Position numbers and translations under genes: made by a program. The notes under the pieces were generated by a model. It was not told the origin of the DNA, did not search any database, and saw only the letters and a list, made by a program, of their open reading frames with translations. A stretch of 64,000 nt of DNA from the human T2T-CHM13v2.0 reference genome, Homo sapiens: assembly GCF_009914755.1 (NCBI RefSeq), contig NC_060929.1; one strand, given 5' to 3'. Below are positions 32,361 through 49,571 of this stretch, piece by piece (the stretch's first letter is position 1; each line of letters starts with the position of its first letter).

Positions 32361-33910
32361 TAACGTCCTTCTTTTATAACATCTAAAGTAGTTAGAATTG
32401 ACTTATTTCCCATAATTTTAAAATGTATTCTTTTACATGATTTTAAGTTGCATTTTCAAAAACAGTTTCTGCTGTCTAGAACTTGGAGTAGAAATGTGTT
32501 TCATGATGCCTTTTGTCATGATTTTCTCACTCTTTGTGAATCTACTTGTTGTATGTTTTGATATTTTATTTTTTTAAAATCTACTTAATACTTTATTAAG
32601 AATTTATTAGAGACCAAATGTTGAATAAGGGTTATAAAACTCAGCATTCAAATGCTTTCCCCATCTATTGGTGTAGTAATATAATCTTTAATTCAGCAGA
32701 TTATTATCAAACACCTTCTATGTGTAAGTAAGAAACACAGAAATTTTAAAAAAGAGTCTTAACTACCACAGAGTTAATTGCCTCACTTTTCAAAAAGGGA
32801 AACTGAAGTGCTTGTTTGTCCACCTTCTTTGTGGCAGAATAGTCCCTTCACTGTGAGTGACTTAACCCATTTTCACTGTGCCTTCCACTTTGTGTAGTCC
32901 TAATGGAAGAATTGATTACTTTTGAAATGAAAGGAAAAGTAAACCAGTAAAGTTAAGGACTTAATGAATGATTTTTTTTTTCTATTAACTGATGAATAAT
33001 CACTAAAACTTTCAGCTGTGGGGAATTGTGTTTTTGGCAGAGACAGGGAGGCACTCTGAAGAAAACTTTCAACGATTTGCATTTTAGAAAATGTTTTGAA
33101 TAACTTGCTAATACTTAAAAAAGTACTTCTGTGAAGTTTTACCTCCTCAGTGTTTGCTATTTTTATCTAATCCTATTTTTCATAGTAACTCATTGTGAAA
33201 TGTTTATCTGTGCATTTAATAGGTTAACAAGGAGGAAAAAGCAGAAAAATAATGTTTTTTTTCCATAGTCAGAAGAGAGAAGAAATATGGAAGAATAGTG
33301 AGGCAGTGGCAGGCCCATTCTAATTCTTTTTTAAAAAGGTGGGCATGGAGAAAGTGGATCAAGGGTGAAATAAAAGAAGAGGAACTGGCAGATGTCACAC
33401 AATAGCCGTAGGATCCATTTGCAAGCATTTGTAAAAAATGACCCCCAAGTACTGAATAAGTCTTTGAGGGTTAGAATTCCCAATAGTTGGTAGAAGTAAG
33501 AACCAGAGACTTTAAAAAAAATCAAATTGAATATAACTTTTACTCCAGGATGCAATGGTGAGGAAAGTTAGGCTGAACATGCCGTATTAAAAACTTTCAC
33601 TGGCAATGGCAACACATAGATACTGGGAGCATAGAGGAAGGGTTGCTAACATTACTGCTTGGGAGAATTAGGGAAAGTGTCACATGGGCATTTGAAATAT
33701 GTGTATTGGTGTAAATTCTTTTTATGAAAAAGTAGGGAATTAGAGAGGAGATGGACTTACTGAAGAATATAGAGAAATACTAATTTAGGCTCTCAGTGAT
33801 ATACCATCTAGAGCATGAAAAAATACATAGTCAACCATGATTAGATGATTTTACCTATAAGTAAAAGACATAATTTCATATTTAGACTTGTTTTATATAC
33901 TGTGAAATGA

Positions 33911-34262
<352 letters not shown>

Positions 34263-34499
34263 CACTTTAGTTTCTTTTGAGCAACTGAGTGTCATGAAAT
34301 GTCAATATCATGAAAGAAAGAGAGGTAAGGAACTGCTTAAGGAATCATGGCAGGCATTACACAAATCATGTAATTTGTGAACCTTGATCTCATCTTATTT
34401 TCTCCCAAGAAAAGAAGGAAAGAAAGGAAGAAAAGACCAGAACACAGCAATAAAGATACATTTTTGGGACAGTTGGGGAAATTTTTATTATTAGGTGAT

Positions 34500-35010
34500 A
34501 TGACTCATTAATTGCAAATATGACCACAATTCTTCATCTTTGCTTATATCCATGCCCTTTGCAATGTGACTTTGCAGCTACTCCCATTAAGGGGCCATCT
34601 CTGTTTATTCACCCCACGAATCTGAGCTTGTCAACAAAAAGTGGCAGAAGTTATGGTGTGTCCGTTTGGAGCACAGGCACAAGTTCTTGCATGCTTATAC
34701 TCCCTTGGGAACTATGACATTTGCTGTCCGATCTAGCCCTGGCTATCCTGGAGGGTGAAAGAGTTGGTAGAAGAAAGGTCAGTTGTCTCAGCTCAGGCCA
34801 TCCTAGACCATCTTATATCCCGCCAACCCCCAAACTTGTCAGAGAGCTTAGCCTAGATCAGCAAAATTCACCACAGACATATGAGTTAACCCAGCTAGGA
34901 CAGAACTACCTAGCTGGCTCGTTGATGTGTAAGCAATGATATATGATGGTTATGTTAAGCTATTGAATTTTGGGAATGATTGGTTATGTATCATTTGTAA
35001 ACTGATACAG
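34500..35010 (+). mobile_element. Old MLT1 (G/H-like) LTR
   Basis: cccttt gcaatgtgactttgcagct...; ends ttaagctattgaattttggga...aactgataca. Confidence 0.6.
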
Positions 35011-35431
35011 TGATATTACTGAATCATGTTATGTAGAATCCTGTTTATGAAGAAAAATGTTTTTTTGTTCTTAGAAGATACCAGCTGATGAATAGGTGTG
35101 AAATATTACGAAATATGCACTTTCTTTTAAATGGTATAGCAAAAATAAAGTGTGTGTGGTCTTGTGTGTGTGCATATATATATATATGGAGAGAAAGAGA
35201 GAGAGAGAGATTGAGAATACAGATATGATGAACTGTTATATTGTGTTTGTTGAAAAGGACATATTTATTGTACTATTTAAACTTTTTTGTAGCTTTGAAT
35301 CTTTTCAAAATAAAATGTTTGGAGCATTTCTTAATATTGGCTTACTTGGACATCATCTCCCCAACCTCACCTTTTTTTTCCTTTAAAAGCTGAATTTGAG
35401 ATAGAGAAAAAAAGGGTCATAAAGATTATAG

Positions 35432-35753
<322 letters not shown>

Positions 35754-37199
35754 TTAATCAGGTTTTTGGAGGATATCTTTTCAGTGTATTTTAAGTTTCT
35801 GCCTATTAGTGCTGGTTTAGATTATGAGAGCCCAGTGGTCAGGGATTGTCTGCATTGGATTATACATAACAGGATTTCCTAAGTCCATGCCTCAGACTGC
35901 TTGTAACTATAGGATATCCATGGAGAAAGAGTTCTTTAGTCTTCCACTTGGAGAGGCACAGTGCCAAAGAGTAAGTACATTAAACATCCTGAGAGCTATA
36001 TTAACAAAAGAAACCAGCATTTTCCAGACATATTGATACAAATTATCCTCTCTCCCCACAGTCAATAACATATGTTATACTTGGGGTATAGTGTTCTTAG
36101 GAATACACTTGGAGAAATGAAGATTGTCACTAGTAAATGCTTTTGATGATAGGCTTCAGTAAATTATAAATATTTTAAAATTTGGTTATAGCTTCTAAAG
36201 ATGAATTATAAAATTAAAGTTTTTGATAAATTATGGCATGGCATAATGGAAAGAGTGTGTACTTTGTAGTGAGAACCAGAGGAACTTGGGTGCTCCACCA
36301 GTAGCTTTTTGACTAAGGAATTCACTACTAAGTTTTAGATTCCTATAAAATGGGATAATACTTGATTCCCAAGATTCTAACCTGAATTAAATGTGTAAAG
36401 CCTTGAGTATAGTTGGCGTTCATATTTAAAACTAGCCTTGGATTCATTTGGATGTGAGGGTTTCTCTTATATCTTGATGAGCATCTGTTATATAGAGCAG
36501 ATGTGGGTCATGTTGGATCTCATAAGCTTTTGCTGGAAGGCTGCTAGGCAGATATCATTTGATTTTTATAATGTCAATATAATTATAAAATTCTATAAGG
36601 AACAATGATTCACATAAGTGAATCTCAGAAAAGTAAACTTTTCTGTAACTGAAAGTTTCTTCTTCTGTATTTTAAGTATTTTGGGGGGAAACAAAGTATA
36701 CAGTTTCCTACATTATTCATGAGTGTTTTGAATATAATTTAACATCTCTGTAATTTATAATTTATTTCATTGTGATATAATATGTCTTGACAATGTAGAC
36801 CTATTTATAGCTTTTGAGTTATTGACCGCTATTTTTATTTTTTGGATTTCTGTCTTTTAAATTGTTACATCTTAGCAGCTGTTGGTATGACAATTCTGTA
36901 GAAATACCTCAGTCTTTCCTTCAGTTTTCTGCTTCTAATACAGTGGAGATAGGGTAGTGTTGGTCCTAGCTTTTTAGAATTGGTGCAGAAGAAGGCATAA
37001 GCAATTGGCATAGTGTGTGATTTTTTGATACCCTCATAGAAATGGAAAATATACTGTTTACATTACGTTCCTGCAATGTCTGATATAGCTTGTAACTAAT
37101 TTAATTATTTGATTTTTTTAATTTAAGTTATTCTTTAACATAATCTCATAATTTTTCATTTTGAAGCCATAAGTGTGCTTTTTATTTTTATTTATTTAA

Positions 37200-37535
<336 letters not shown>

Positions 37536-38316
37536 TAGTTACCAACACTTAAAAAGTTAATAGCTTTGACTTTATTTGCATTATTGTGTTTACTGGTGAC
37601 ATAATTAAGCTCACTAAAAAGCCTGATTTATAATATCTCAAAAAAGTATAATGTGATTTTTCAGCATTATTAATAAAATAGATGCAGAATTATTACTGTG
37701 ATTTTTATTTTATATCCAATATAAGATAATAAAATATTACTGGAGGAGTTAAATGTATTGATCAGGGAAGAGTTATTTATAATTAAGCCTTTAAATTTTA
37801 TGTACGTGTTTGCTCCTGTTATGTTTGGATGGCCTTTGTTTAATTTACATTTTTCTAGTACTTTCAGCTTACTTAGACATATTTTTATCATACGTTTAAT
37901 ATATAAAACTTGACCTCATATGTCTAGGAATGAAAAAACATTTAATGTCACATTAACCTTGCTGTAAGTTTTATGTAATTTTTACGCAGAATGTTGCTCA
38001 CGTGTTCTGTATTGCCATATGTAACGGGTAAGATGTCTACACCTTCAAAAATGTTGGAGGAAAGTTTGATAAAGTTCAAGTTTGTTATGTTTTACTATAT
38101 TATACACTTTTCACCACTTTTAGTCAGTAATTTATTTTGGCTACATGAACATAAATGCTGAACAATAATTCCTATATAGGGATTATATACTGTAGAAGAT
38201 GCAAATCAGTATTTTCTTTTTTATCCTGAAATCAATATGAAAAATAGTTAATATTATCATTAGTACATCTTGAAGTGTTAAGTCAATTTGATTTTAAAAT
38301 ATTTATTTATGAATTT

Positions 38317-38611
38317 AGACCAGATGCGGTGGTTCACGCCTGTAATCCCAGGACTTTGGGAGGCTGAGGCGGGCGGAGCACCTCGGGTCAGGAGTTCAAG
38401 ACCAGCCTGGCCAACATAGTGAAACCCCGTCTCTACTAAAAATACAAAAATTAGCCAGGCGTGGTGGCACACTCTGTAGTCTCAGTTCCTCAGGAGGCTG
38501 AGGCAGGAGAATTGCCTGAACCTGGGAGGCAGAGTTGCAGTGAGCTGAGACCATGCCACTGCACTCCAGCCTGGGCAACAGAGTGAGACTCTGTCTCAAA
38601 AAAAAAAAAAA
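38317..38611 (+). mobile_element. AluSx/Sz-like
   Basis: Full dimer with A-tail. Confidence 0.9.
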
Positions 38612-41537
38612 TTATGTATGTATTTATTTTTAAAGAAGAATGTAGAAGTCTCCAAAGAGTTGGAGAGTATACTTGTTTACAGGTTTCCCTATATTAACAG
38701 AGGATTTGATAGAGGTTGGGTTGAATTTCTTCTAGGGATTTCTAGGTCAGGCAAGGTAGCATCAAGGACAGCCAATCCACTGCATGTTTAAATTCACACA
38801 TGATTAAATAAATCTGTTCATGTATGATGCACCAGTATTCTTGTGTGTGGTGACCCTGTTGGCCATTTATCAAATAGTAGTATATGAAGGAGAATGCTGT
38901 TCCTATGAAAATTCATGAATTGAATTTAGTTGCAGGGATGGAAATAAAGGTATTTCCATATTGTGGACTTTGCAGTTCTTGAAGTTCATAAAGTTAAAAT
39001 ATCTCTTTGTTTTGACTTTGACTTTTCTGCAAAGACTTGCATATTATAATAAGTGGGTTTTCTTTTTAAAACTGTCCTTTAAATTTCTAAGTTTCTGTGA
39101 CTTACTACATGGCAAATTTATTTGTATACTATTTCTAAATCCCTTCTTTTCTGTTATGTTTTTATTTTTAAAGTTTATTTTATTTTTTGTGGGTACATAG
39201 TAAGTGTATATATTTATGGGGTACATGAGATGTTTTGATACAGATATACAATCTGTAATAATCACATCATGGAACATGGAATATCTGTCACCTCAAGCAT
39301 TTATCCTTTGTGTTACAAACAATCCAGTTATACTTTTTTAGTTTTCTTAAATGTACGATTAAATGATTATTGACTATAGTAACCCTGTTGTGCTATCAAA
39401 AATATTAGGCCTTATTCATTTATTCATTCAATTTTTTTGGTACCCATTAATCATCCCTACCTCCTCCCTAATCCCCCAACTACTCTTCCTAACCTCTAGT
39501 AACTATCCTTCTACTCTATCTCCATGGGCTCAATTATTTTGATTTTTGGATCTCACAAATAAGTGAGAACATGTAAAATTTGTCTTTCTTTGCCTGGATT
39601 ATTTAATTTAACATAATTAACCCCAGTTCCATCCATGTTGTTACAAATGACTGAATCTCATTCTTTCTTATGGCTGAATAGTACTCCATTGTGTATGAGT
39701 ACCATATTTTCTTTATCCATTCATCTGTTGATGGACACTTAGTTTGGGTTCAAATTTTGGTTATTGTGAACAGAGCTGCAACAAACATGGGAGTGCAGAA
39801 AGCTCTTTGATATTCTGATTTCCTTTCTTTTGGGTATGTACCCAGCAGTGGGATTGCTGAATTATATGGTATCTCTATTTTAAGCTTTCTGGAGGAACCT
39901 CCAAACTGTTCTCCATAGTGGTTTTATGAATTTACATTCCCAACATTAGTATGAGGGTTCCTTTTTCTCCATATCCTTGCTAGCATTTGTTATTGCCTTT
40001 TGGATAAAAACCATTTTAACTGGGGTGAGATGATATCTCTTGTTTTTATTTTCATTTGTCTGGTGATCAGTGATGCTGAGCACATTTTCATATGTCTGTT
40101 TGCAATTTGTATTTCTTCTTTTGAGAAATGTCTACTCAGATCTTTTGCCCATTTTTAAATCAGATTATTAGAGATTTTTTTCCTATAGAGTTGTTTCAGC
40201 TCCTTATATATTTTTGTTATTAATCCCTTGCCAGATGGGTAGTTTGCAAGTATTTTCTTCCATTCTGTGGGTTGTCTCTTCACTTTGTTGATTGTTTCCT
40301 TTGCTGTGCAGAAGCTTTTTAACTTGATATGATTCCATTTCTTCATTTTTGATTTGGTTGCCTGTGCTTGTGGGGTATTACTCAAGAAATCTTTGCCCAG
40401 ACCGATGTCCTGGAGAGTTTCCCTAATGTTTTCTCGTAGTATTTTCATAGTTTGAGCTGTTAGATTTAATTCTTTAATCCATTTTGATTTGATTCTTGTA
40501 TATGGCAAGAGATAGGGGTCTAGTTTTGTTCTTCTGCATATGGATATCCAGTTTTCCCAGTCCATTTATTGAAGAGACTGTCTTTTCCTCAGTGTATGTT
40601 CTTGGCACCTTTGTAAAAAATTAGTTCACTACAGGTGTGTGGATTTGTTTCTGGATCCCCTATTCTGTTTTATCGGTCTGTGTGTCTGTTTTTAGGCCAG
40701 TACCATGCTGTTCTGGTTACTGTCACCCTGGTTATAATTTGAAGTCAGGTAATGTGATTCCTCCAGTATTCTTCTTTTTGCTTAGGATAGCTTTGACTAT
40801 TCTGAGTCTTTTGTGGTTCCATGTAAATTTTAGGATAGTTTATTTCTGTGAAGAATGTCATTGGTATTTCGATAGGGATTGCATTGAATCTGTAGATTGC
40901 TCTGGGTAGTATGGACATTTTAACAATATTGATTCTTCTAATCCATGAACATAGAATATTTTTCCATTTTTTGGTGTCCTCTTCAATTTCTTTCATCAGT
41001 TTTTTATAGTCTTCATTGTAGAGATCTTTTACTTCTTTGGTTAAATTAATTCCTAGGTATTTAATTTTATGTGTGGCTACTGTAAATGAGATTTTTAAAA
41101 GTTTCTTTTTCAGATTGGTCATTGTTGGCATATAGAAATGCTACTGATTTTTTTATGTTGATTTTGTATTCTGTAACTTTACTGAAGTTGTTTATCAGTT
41201 CTCATAGTTTTTTGGTAGAGTCTTTAGACTTTTGCAAACATAAGATTATATCACCATCTGCAAACAAGGATAATTTTACTTCTTTATTTACAATTTGGAT
41301 GCCTTTTATAGGTTTCTTTTATCTGATCACTAGCTAGGACTTCCAGCACTGTGTTGAATAACAGTGGTGAAAGTGGACATCCTTGTTGTGTTCTAGATTT
41401 TGAAGGAAAAGGCTTTCAGCTCTCTCCTATTCAGTATGATACTAGCTGTGGGTCTGTCATACATGGCTTTTATTATGTTGAGGTATGTTCCTTCTATCCT
41501 TAGTTATTTTAGGGTTTTTATCAAGAAGGGATGTTGA

Positions 41538-41894
<357 letters not shown>

Positions 41895-42703
41895 TGATCA
41901 TACGGTTTTAGTCCTTCATTCTGTTGATATAATGTATCAATTTCCACGTATTTGTATAGTTTCCAAAATTATTCTTGTTATTAATTTCTAGTTTTACTTC
42001 ATTGTGGGCAGAGAAGATAGTTGGTACTATTTCAGTTTTTCTGAATGTTTTAAGACTTGTTTTGTGACCTAACATATGATCTGTTCTTGAGAATGATGCA
42101 TATGCTGAGGAAAAGAATGTATATTCTATAGCTGTTGGATGGAATGTTCTGTAAATGTCTATTAGATCCATTTGGTCTGCAGTGCAGATTAGGTCTGATG
42201 TTTCTTTGCTGGTTTTCTGTCAACAAAGTATAGCTACTCCTGCTCTTTTTTGGTTTCCATTGGCATGGAATATCTTTTTGCACCCCTTTATTTTCAGTCT
42301 GTGTGTCTTTATAGGGGAGGTGTGTTTCCTGTAGTCAGCAGATCAGTGAGTCTTGTTCTTTTATCTGTTGAACCACTCCATGTCTTTTGATTGGAGAGTG
42401 TAGTCCACTTACATACAGTGTTATTATTGATAAGTAAGGACTTGTTCCTGCCATTTTGTTATTTGTTTTCTGGTTATTTTTTGGTCTTCTCTTCCTTCCT
42501 TTCTTTCCTTCCTGTCTGTTTCTTAGTGAAGGTGATTGATTTAGCTTTTTATTTTTTGTGTATCTGTTGTATGTTTTTTTGGTTTGAGGTTACTATGAGG
42601 CTTGCAGATACTATCTTGTAACCCATTATTTTAAGATGATAGCAGCTTAACGTTATTTGCATAAACAAATCAACAAACAAGCAAAAGAAAACTAGTGAAG
42701 ACT

Positions 42704-43041
<338 letters not shown>

Positions 43042-43128
43042 TTAACATAGTCCCCTAGCTTTTTAACTTTTTGTTATTACTATTTATGTCTTATTGTGCT
43101 GTCTGTGTCTTGAAAAAGTTATTATTTT

Positions 43129-43750
<622 letters not shown>

Positions 43751-45409
43751 GAGCTCCATATTTTTTTTTATGTCAACCAGATAATTTATAAGATAAATAT
43801 TTGTACAACTTTGTAGGTTTGTTGCAAGCTTTAAATGTGATGATGTATAGAGGGCACAGTACTTAGCACATAGTAGATACTTAATATATTTACTTCCATT
43901 CTGTTTTTTGTTTCCTTCAACCAGATGCATTTTAAATACAAAAGGCCAAGTTTGCTATTACTATCGCGCAAAGCTTGAAACATAAATTCAACATCTATCA
44001 TCTACTCCTTGTCTAAGCTTAGGCAACGTATTTGTCCTTTCTGAACCAGTGTCTTTATCTGTAAAATAAGACTTAGACTACATTAATTTAATCCTGACCT
44101 TTAAAGAAATACCAGTTATCTATGTTAAGAAGAATTTTTAAACTACAAAGAAGCAAGCCAGTGGTAAACTTTCATTAGGAAGGACTTTGATTAGCAAGAG
44201 GAGTGAAAGCAGTGGATAGCATAAAAGTAGTTACCAAGAATGGTTACCTTTTGTTTGAGTGCAGGAATAAGAGGCAAAAAAGGGGTCCCACAGAAGTGAA
44301 ACAGATGATAAGATGATAGATACAGGTTTGCATTTAGAGTGCCCTTTCTCCATTTGCCAGAGCTGAAAATTTTTCTTCAGTTAAACTCCACAAACATTTT
44401 TTAAAAATATCTACTATTTTGGGTCGTTTGCTACATTTGGCACCAGCCTTGAGCTGAATGCACAGAGATAAAAACAACATGGTCCTTACTCTCCAGGGTG
44501 CTTTCCTGTCTCCTGTGATCATTGACACTCATAATGCTAAGTTACAGCAATAGGATGGAAGTGGCTCATTCTGGATTGTTTCTTCAGAGTAACAAGAAGC
44601 CCTAATTGTCAAGAGACACAGATTCTATAGTCCAAGAGCAGAGTTTTCCTGTAGGTACTTTTCAGCCTGCAAGTTAGCTCAGACTCGCCTGAGAAAGTTC
44701 TCTGCAGATAAGAGGGTGCTTGAATCTTCAGTAAGTCCTATTGTCAATTTCTGGATCTTTTCTTACTTCAAAATAACCTCAGCCCCTGCTTTAATAAAAA
44801 GGACTTTAAGCCAACAGAGTAAACTTGATAGTTGGTGTGGGGGAAGAAAATAGCCCTTTCTTTATGAGTGTTGTGATCCGGGAGCTTTATATACCCTAAC
44901 TTAATCTTCAAGGCATTGGTTGAAAGAAGGAAGTGACTTGCTATGTTACACATTTATTTAGGGGTGGAGTTAGGGATTGGAACTCACGTCTGGCTCCGTT
45001 ATACCACATTCCTTCTCTGGCCTTCTTATCTTAAGCCCACAACCATCTGTATCCTGTTCAGAATGGATAGTTGTGTACTAAAGGCTGATCCTGTGGTAGT
45101 GCGGTGCTTTTTCAAACTGAATGTTAAGATTTTTTTGGCATCATGACCAACATTTTCTACAAAATAAAATAGAGTAGAAATTGTCAGTGTGTGTCGCAAG
45201 CAGTACTGTTTCCTGAAGTTTTTGTTTCAGGTGTGTATGTGTCTGTGCGTGCGCATGTGTGCTTGTGCATGTGCTGAGGCTGTGTAAAATGTATCTTCTA
45301 TGTGCAAATCACCACCTTTATTGAGTGTGGTACGCAGTCACAAGTTCATTATTGTGTCTTTTCTCCAGATTTTGAAAACATTCTATATTTCTTTTAGCTG
45401 CAAGGAAAT

Positions 45410-45640
45410 ATAATGTAGTAGTTCTGAGGACAGGCTCTGGAGCCAGAATATCTAGGTTTGAATCCAGGCTCTGCCATTTACTAAGTGTGTGACTTTTGGC
45501 AAGTTATTTAATGTCTCCATGCCTCTATTTTGTCTTCTGTAAAATGGGATTGTGCGAGCATTAATTGAGTTCATGTACTTAAAGTGCTAAGAATAGTGTC
45601 ATCACATGGTAGCACTCCATAAAAGTTAGTTGCTATTATT
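45410..45640 (+). mobile_element. MIR
   Basis: ggctctggagccaga...ggtttgaatccaggctctgccatttact...tgtgacttt-ggcaagttattt...ctgtaaaatggg core. Confidence 0.8.
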
Positions 45641-46314
45641 ATTGTTAGTATTATTGAAAGGTTTATAAACATCTGTCTTAGAGGGATTATGGAATATTGT
45701 TTTAACAACAGCCTTCCACAGAGACAGTTGATCCATTTGGTTAATTAATTTGTTGCAAACTTTGCCATTGATTTAGTGCAATACTCCTTTTTTTTTTTTT
45801 TTTTTAAGTACGCTCAGGTTGTTTGTACTTAGCCAGCATTACCAAAGACAGCTACTAAGTCATGTATCTGTTAAGAGCTATTGTGGAAAATTGTGAGCCT
45901 GTCTCTGCTAGGTCTTGGCCTATAAAGAACTGGCTGGCTTTATAGGCTGATGTAATCTTGGTCATAGGCCAGCATTGCTGGCTCATAAAATATATGTGTA
46001 TGTGCTGGCCTACTGTCTTACAGAGGGCTAAATAAGCATTATACTTAGGTCTGCCTGACTCAAGTTCTGTGAGATTTGGAGGAAGATGTTGCTTGGATGA
46101 TCAGGGGAGGCTTCACAATGGAAATAATGTTTTAGATTGAGGTTGAAAGATGAATGGAAGTCCAGGAAAGTAGCTAAATGAAAATAATTCCAGGCATCAG
46201 TAAGATTTCATACCCAGCTGTAAATCCCAGAAGCCTTAAAGTGGTCAAAGCAAGGCAGAAATAAGCAGAAGCAGTGAACAGAATAAACTGTAGGCTGTTA
46301 CCTTTTAGGCTAAC

Positions 46315-46353
46315 AGACACACACACACACATACTCACACACGCATGCACCTG

Positions 46354-46389
<36 letters not shown>
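46315..46389. repeat. Interrupted (CA)n microsatellite
   Basis: Direct read. Confidence 0.9.
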
Positions 46390-46390
<1 letters not shown>

Positions 46391-46550
46391 TTTAAATAGA
46401 CAGGGTATTGCTATGTTACCCAGGCTGGAGCGCAGTGGTTATTCACAGATGTAATCATAGTGCACTACAGCCTCAAACTCCTGGGCTTACATGACCCTCC
46501 TGCCTCAGCCTCTCGAGTATTGGGACTACAGTTATGTGCCTCTGTGTCTT
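46390..46550 (-). mobile_element. FAM-like Alu monomer
   Basis: gcagtggttattcacagatgtaatcatagtgcactacagcctc retains the 7SL-derived segment typical of FAM. Confidence 0.75.
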
Positions 46551-47390
46551 AGTTACAGATTTTTACAGGAACTTAATGGAGGAAATAAAGGTTAAATATA
46601 TGGTTTAAATATGTATTAGGGAATTATTTACATTTCTTTAAATTATGTTTCTTATGTAGCCAGCCATCTCTTAGAGTGAATAGTTAGCTACATTTTATTA
46701 TGATTATTGATAACATGTTCTACTGTTTATAGAATTGTGTTGTGTACCTTACCTCTTCCTTTATTTAGGCCTTAGCTCCCATGAGAAGGCACCACCTAAT
46801 GGCAGCTGCTAGAATTGTAGGCAACAAATGCATTGGAAAATTCACAGAAAAAATTGACAGGAAAAGCCCAACCAGTTCACAGCATAATTAGTATAACATA
46901 GTGATATGAGGCAGTCTTTTTTCCTAGACTCTTAAAACACTTATTAATGATGTTTATTATTTATGATTTATAAGCATTAAATGAATTCTATCTTATCCCC
47001 ACTTCCAACACAACATTCTCATAAACATTAAAAGAGATGAAGTTCTCAAATGCTTAGATTGATGAATGAATTTCTTAAGGTTATGAGGTAATAAGTCTAT
47101 GATTTTTTTTCTGGTGCCCTTTGTATTTCCTTATATCTAAAAGAAGTATAACAACATTGCAGAAATCTTGGGCAGTTTAGTGAGGCAAGATCTCACCCCT
47201 GATTCCCATGCTCTAATAGTTCAGAACTAGTAATGTTTTGAGAGGAGGAAATATCTTAGAATGTTTTTACATGTACTTGAGCATGCTATAAGTATAGTTT
47301 ACCTAAAACTTCACCTTTTCCCGCTTAACCTTATGCCAGAAGCCCCTTTCCCTGCTGTGATATAGTTCTTACTTGTGGTATAATGTTCAG

Positions 47391-47716
<326 letters not shown>

Positions 47717-49571
47717 TAACCAAGCCATTGTTACTCACTTTTCTCTATTATAAATAGTATTGTTAAATACCTTACATATGCAACTAGTTCCATATTTTGG
47801 ATTTTCTTCCTCTTTTTTTTTTTTCCAAAAAGCATATGATTATCGTCTGTATTTAGATGCAGAGAAGTATTTGAGAAAAAATAGTCCCACTTTCCAAAGA
47901 ATTTATTTTTGTGTACTAATTCTTGCTTGACTGAATTGTATGATTTGACCAATTCCGTGGTAGCTACTATCATCTAGTTTTTATCTTCTAATATCAAGGG
48001 ATTGGGTAGACTAGCAAGTCCCTTAACTTACCTGTTTTAGACATGAAATTCTGTTTGAAAAAGCTAATTTATTGATTTTGAAAAGTTTTAAAATTACTCG
48101 GTTTCTCTTCTAGCTCTGATAATTGAAATATTTAATTTCTATAATAAACATATGTTATCTTCACTCAAGTCATATTTTCTTTTAGAAGTCCTTGATCTTA
48201 AGCAAACTTACTAATGATGTTTGAAATACCAAATGCTTTATTCATCTCCACATTTTTCAATAGAGTACTATCTCTTTTTAATGATTTTTTAATTCATCTT
48301 ATAATTTTATGCAGCTGTTAACATTCCTTTTAACCAGGCAGATGCCTTGGGACTGTGGGAAATTGCAGTAGCAATTAGAGGAAAATAGGGAAGGGTGGGC
48401 TGGTCAGTCTTGGAGAGCAGGAACAATGCAGAATTTAAACATAGGAATGTCATGTGTCAATTAGGGATACAGCAAAACCCTTCTATAACACTATGAAAGG
48501 AGCCCCAAATATTCAGTTGTGTAAAATATGAGATGACATTAAACATAGGGTTATGTAATAAAATTGATTAAATAACTAGGTTGAGCCTGTTGTGGAGGTT
48601 GGGAGCCAACTGCCAGTCCTGTTTCATCCAAATTAGTATTAAGGAGTAATATGGAGGGGTTTCACTGGGCTTAATATTTCGTTTTCCTTTTAAAAATGCA
48701 ATTGTATGTTAGAGATGAAATCATTGAGATTTTGATTTTAGACCTGTGTAACTGCTAAAAATAAAAGATCAGGTGAATTGAATTAACTCTATCTGGTGGT
48801 ACTTGAATATGGAATGAAATCTATGGCCAGCCAGCATGGTTACCTGTTGTTTCAAAACAGCAAAGTTAGTGCTTGAAATCTGTGAAGTTCATTTAAAAAA
48901 ATGAAAAAAAAAAAAAAAGGTTAGCAAAATCACTGATGTTAATGACCAGCCAAGTAGCTATTGTAATTAATGCTGATGGGTTCTGAAGACCATTGGCAAG
49001 ACAGGAACCCTGAATAGATCAACCATAAGTTTGCCAAATATGGACTATTTATTTTTACTAGAGACTTTGTGGAGACCAGGACTTGAGACACTGTTTTTGT
49101 ATGAGGGTAGTAGCCAGTGTTACCAACCACTTGCTATGTGCCAGGTGAACTCTTATAAGCACTTTGTATTAACTCATATGACTCTCTCACAAGATCAGCA
49201 ATTGCAAGAGCCTTCCTTTTTTCTTCTCTTCCTCACTTGGTTTTTGTGTGGGAATCTCAAGTAATTATTTTGGGACACACTTTTGGCAAGGGGTGGGAGG
49301 TACTATAGACTTAGTGGTGAGAGGAGTTAAACATTGTAGCAGAGTCAGTGCTGAGTTTTTGGTAACTAGTTTCAAGTGTTAGGTATCTTCTAATAAGGAC
49401 ATTTAACTCTGGTTCATGGTAATTCTAAATATCTTATTAAATCAACATATATTTCATGGATAATCCATACATCAGGTAATCTACCTTGCCAGAGTTGACT
49501 ATATAATAAAAAATAAATTATTTATATTTTGTATTGTATGAGCATCTAATTTAGTTTTCCTCTTCAGATTT

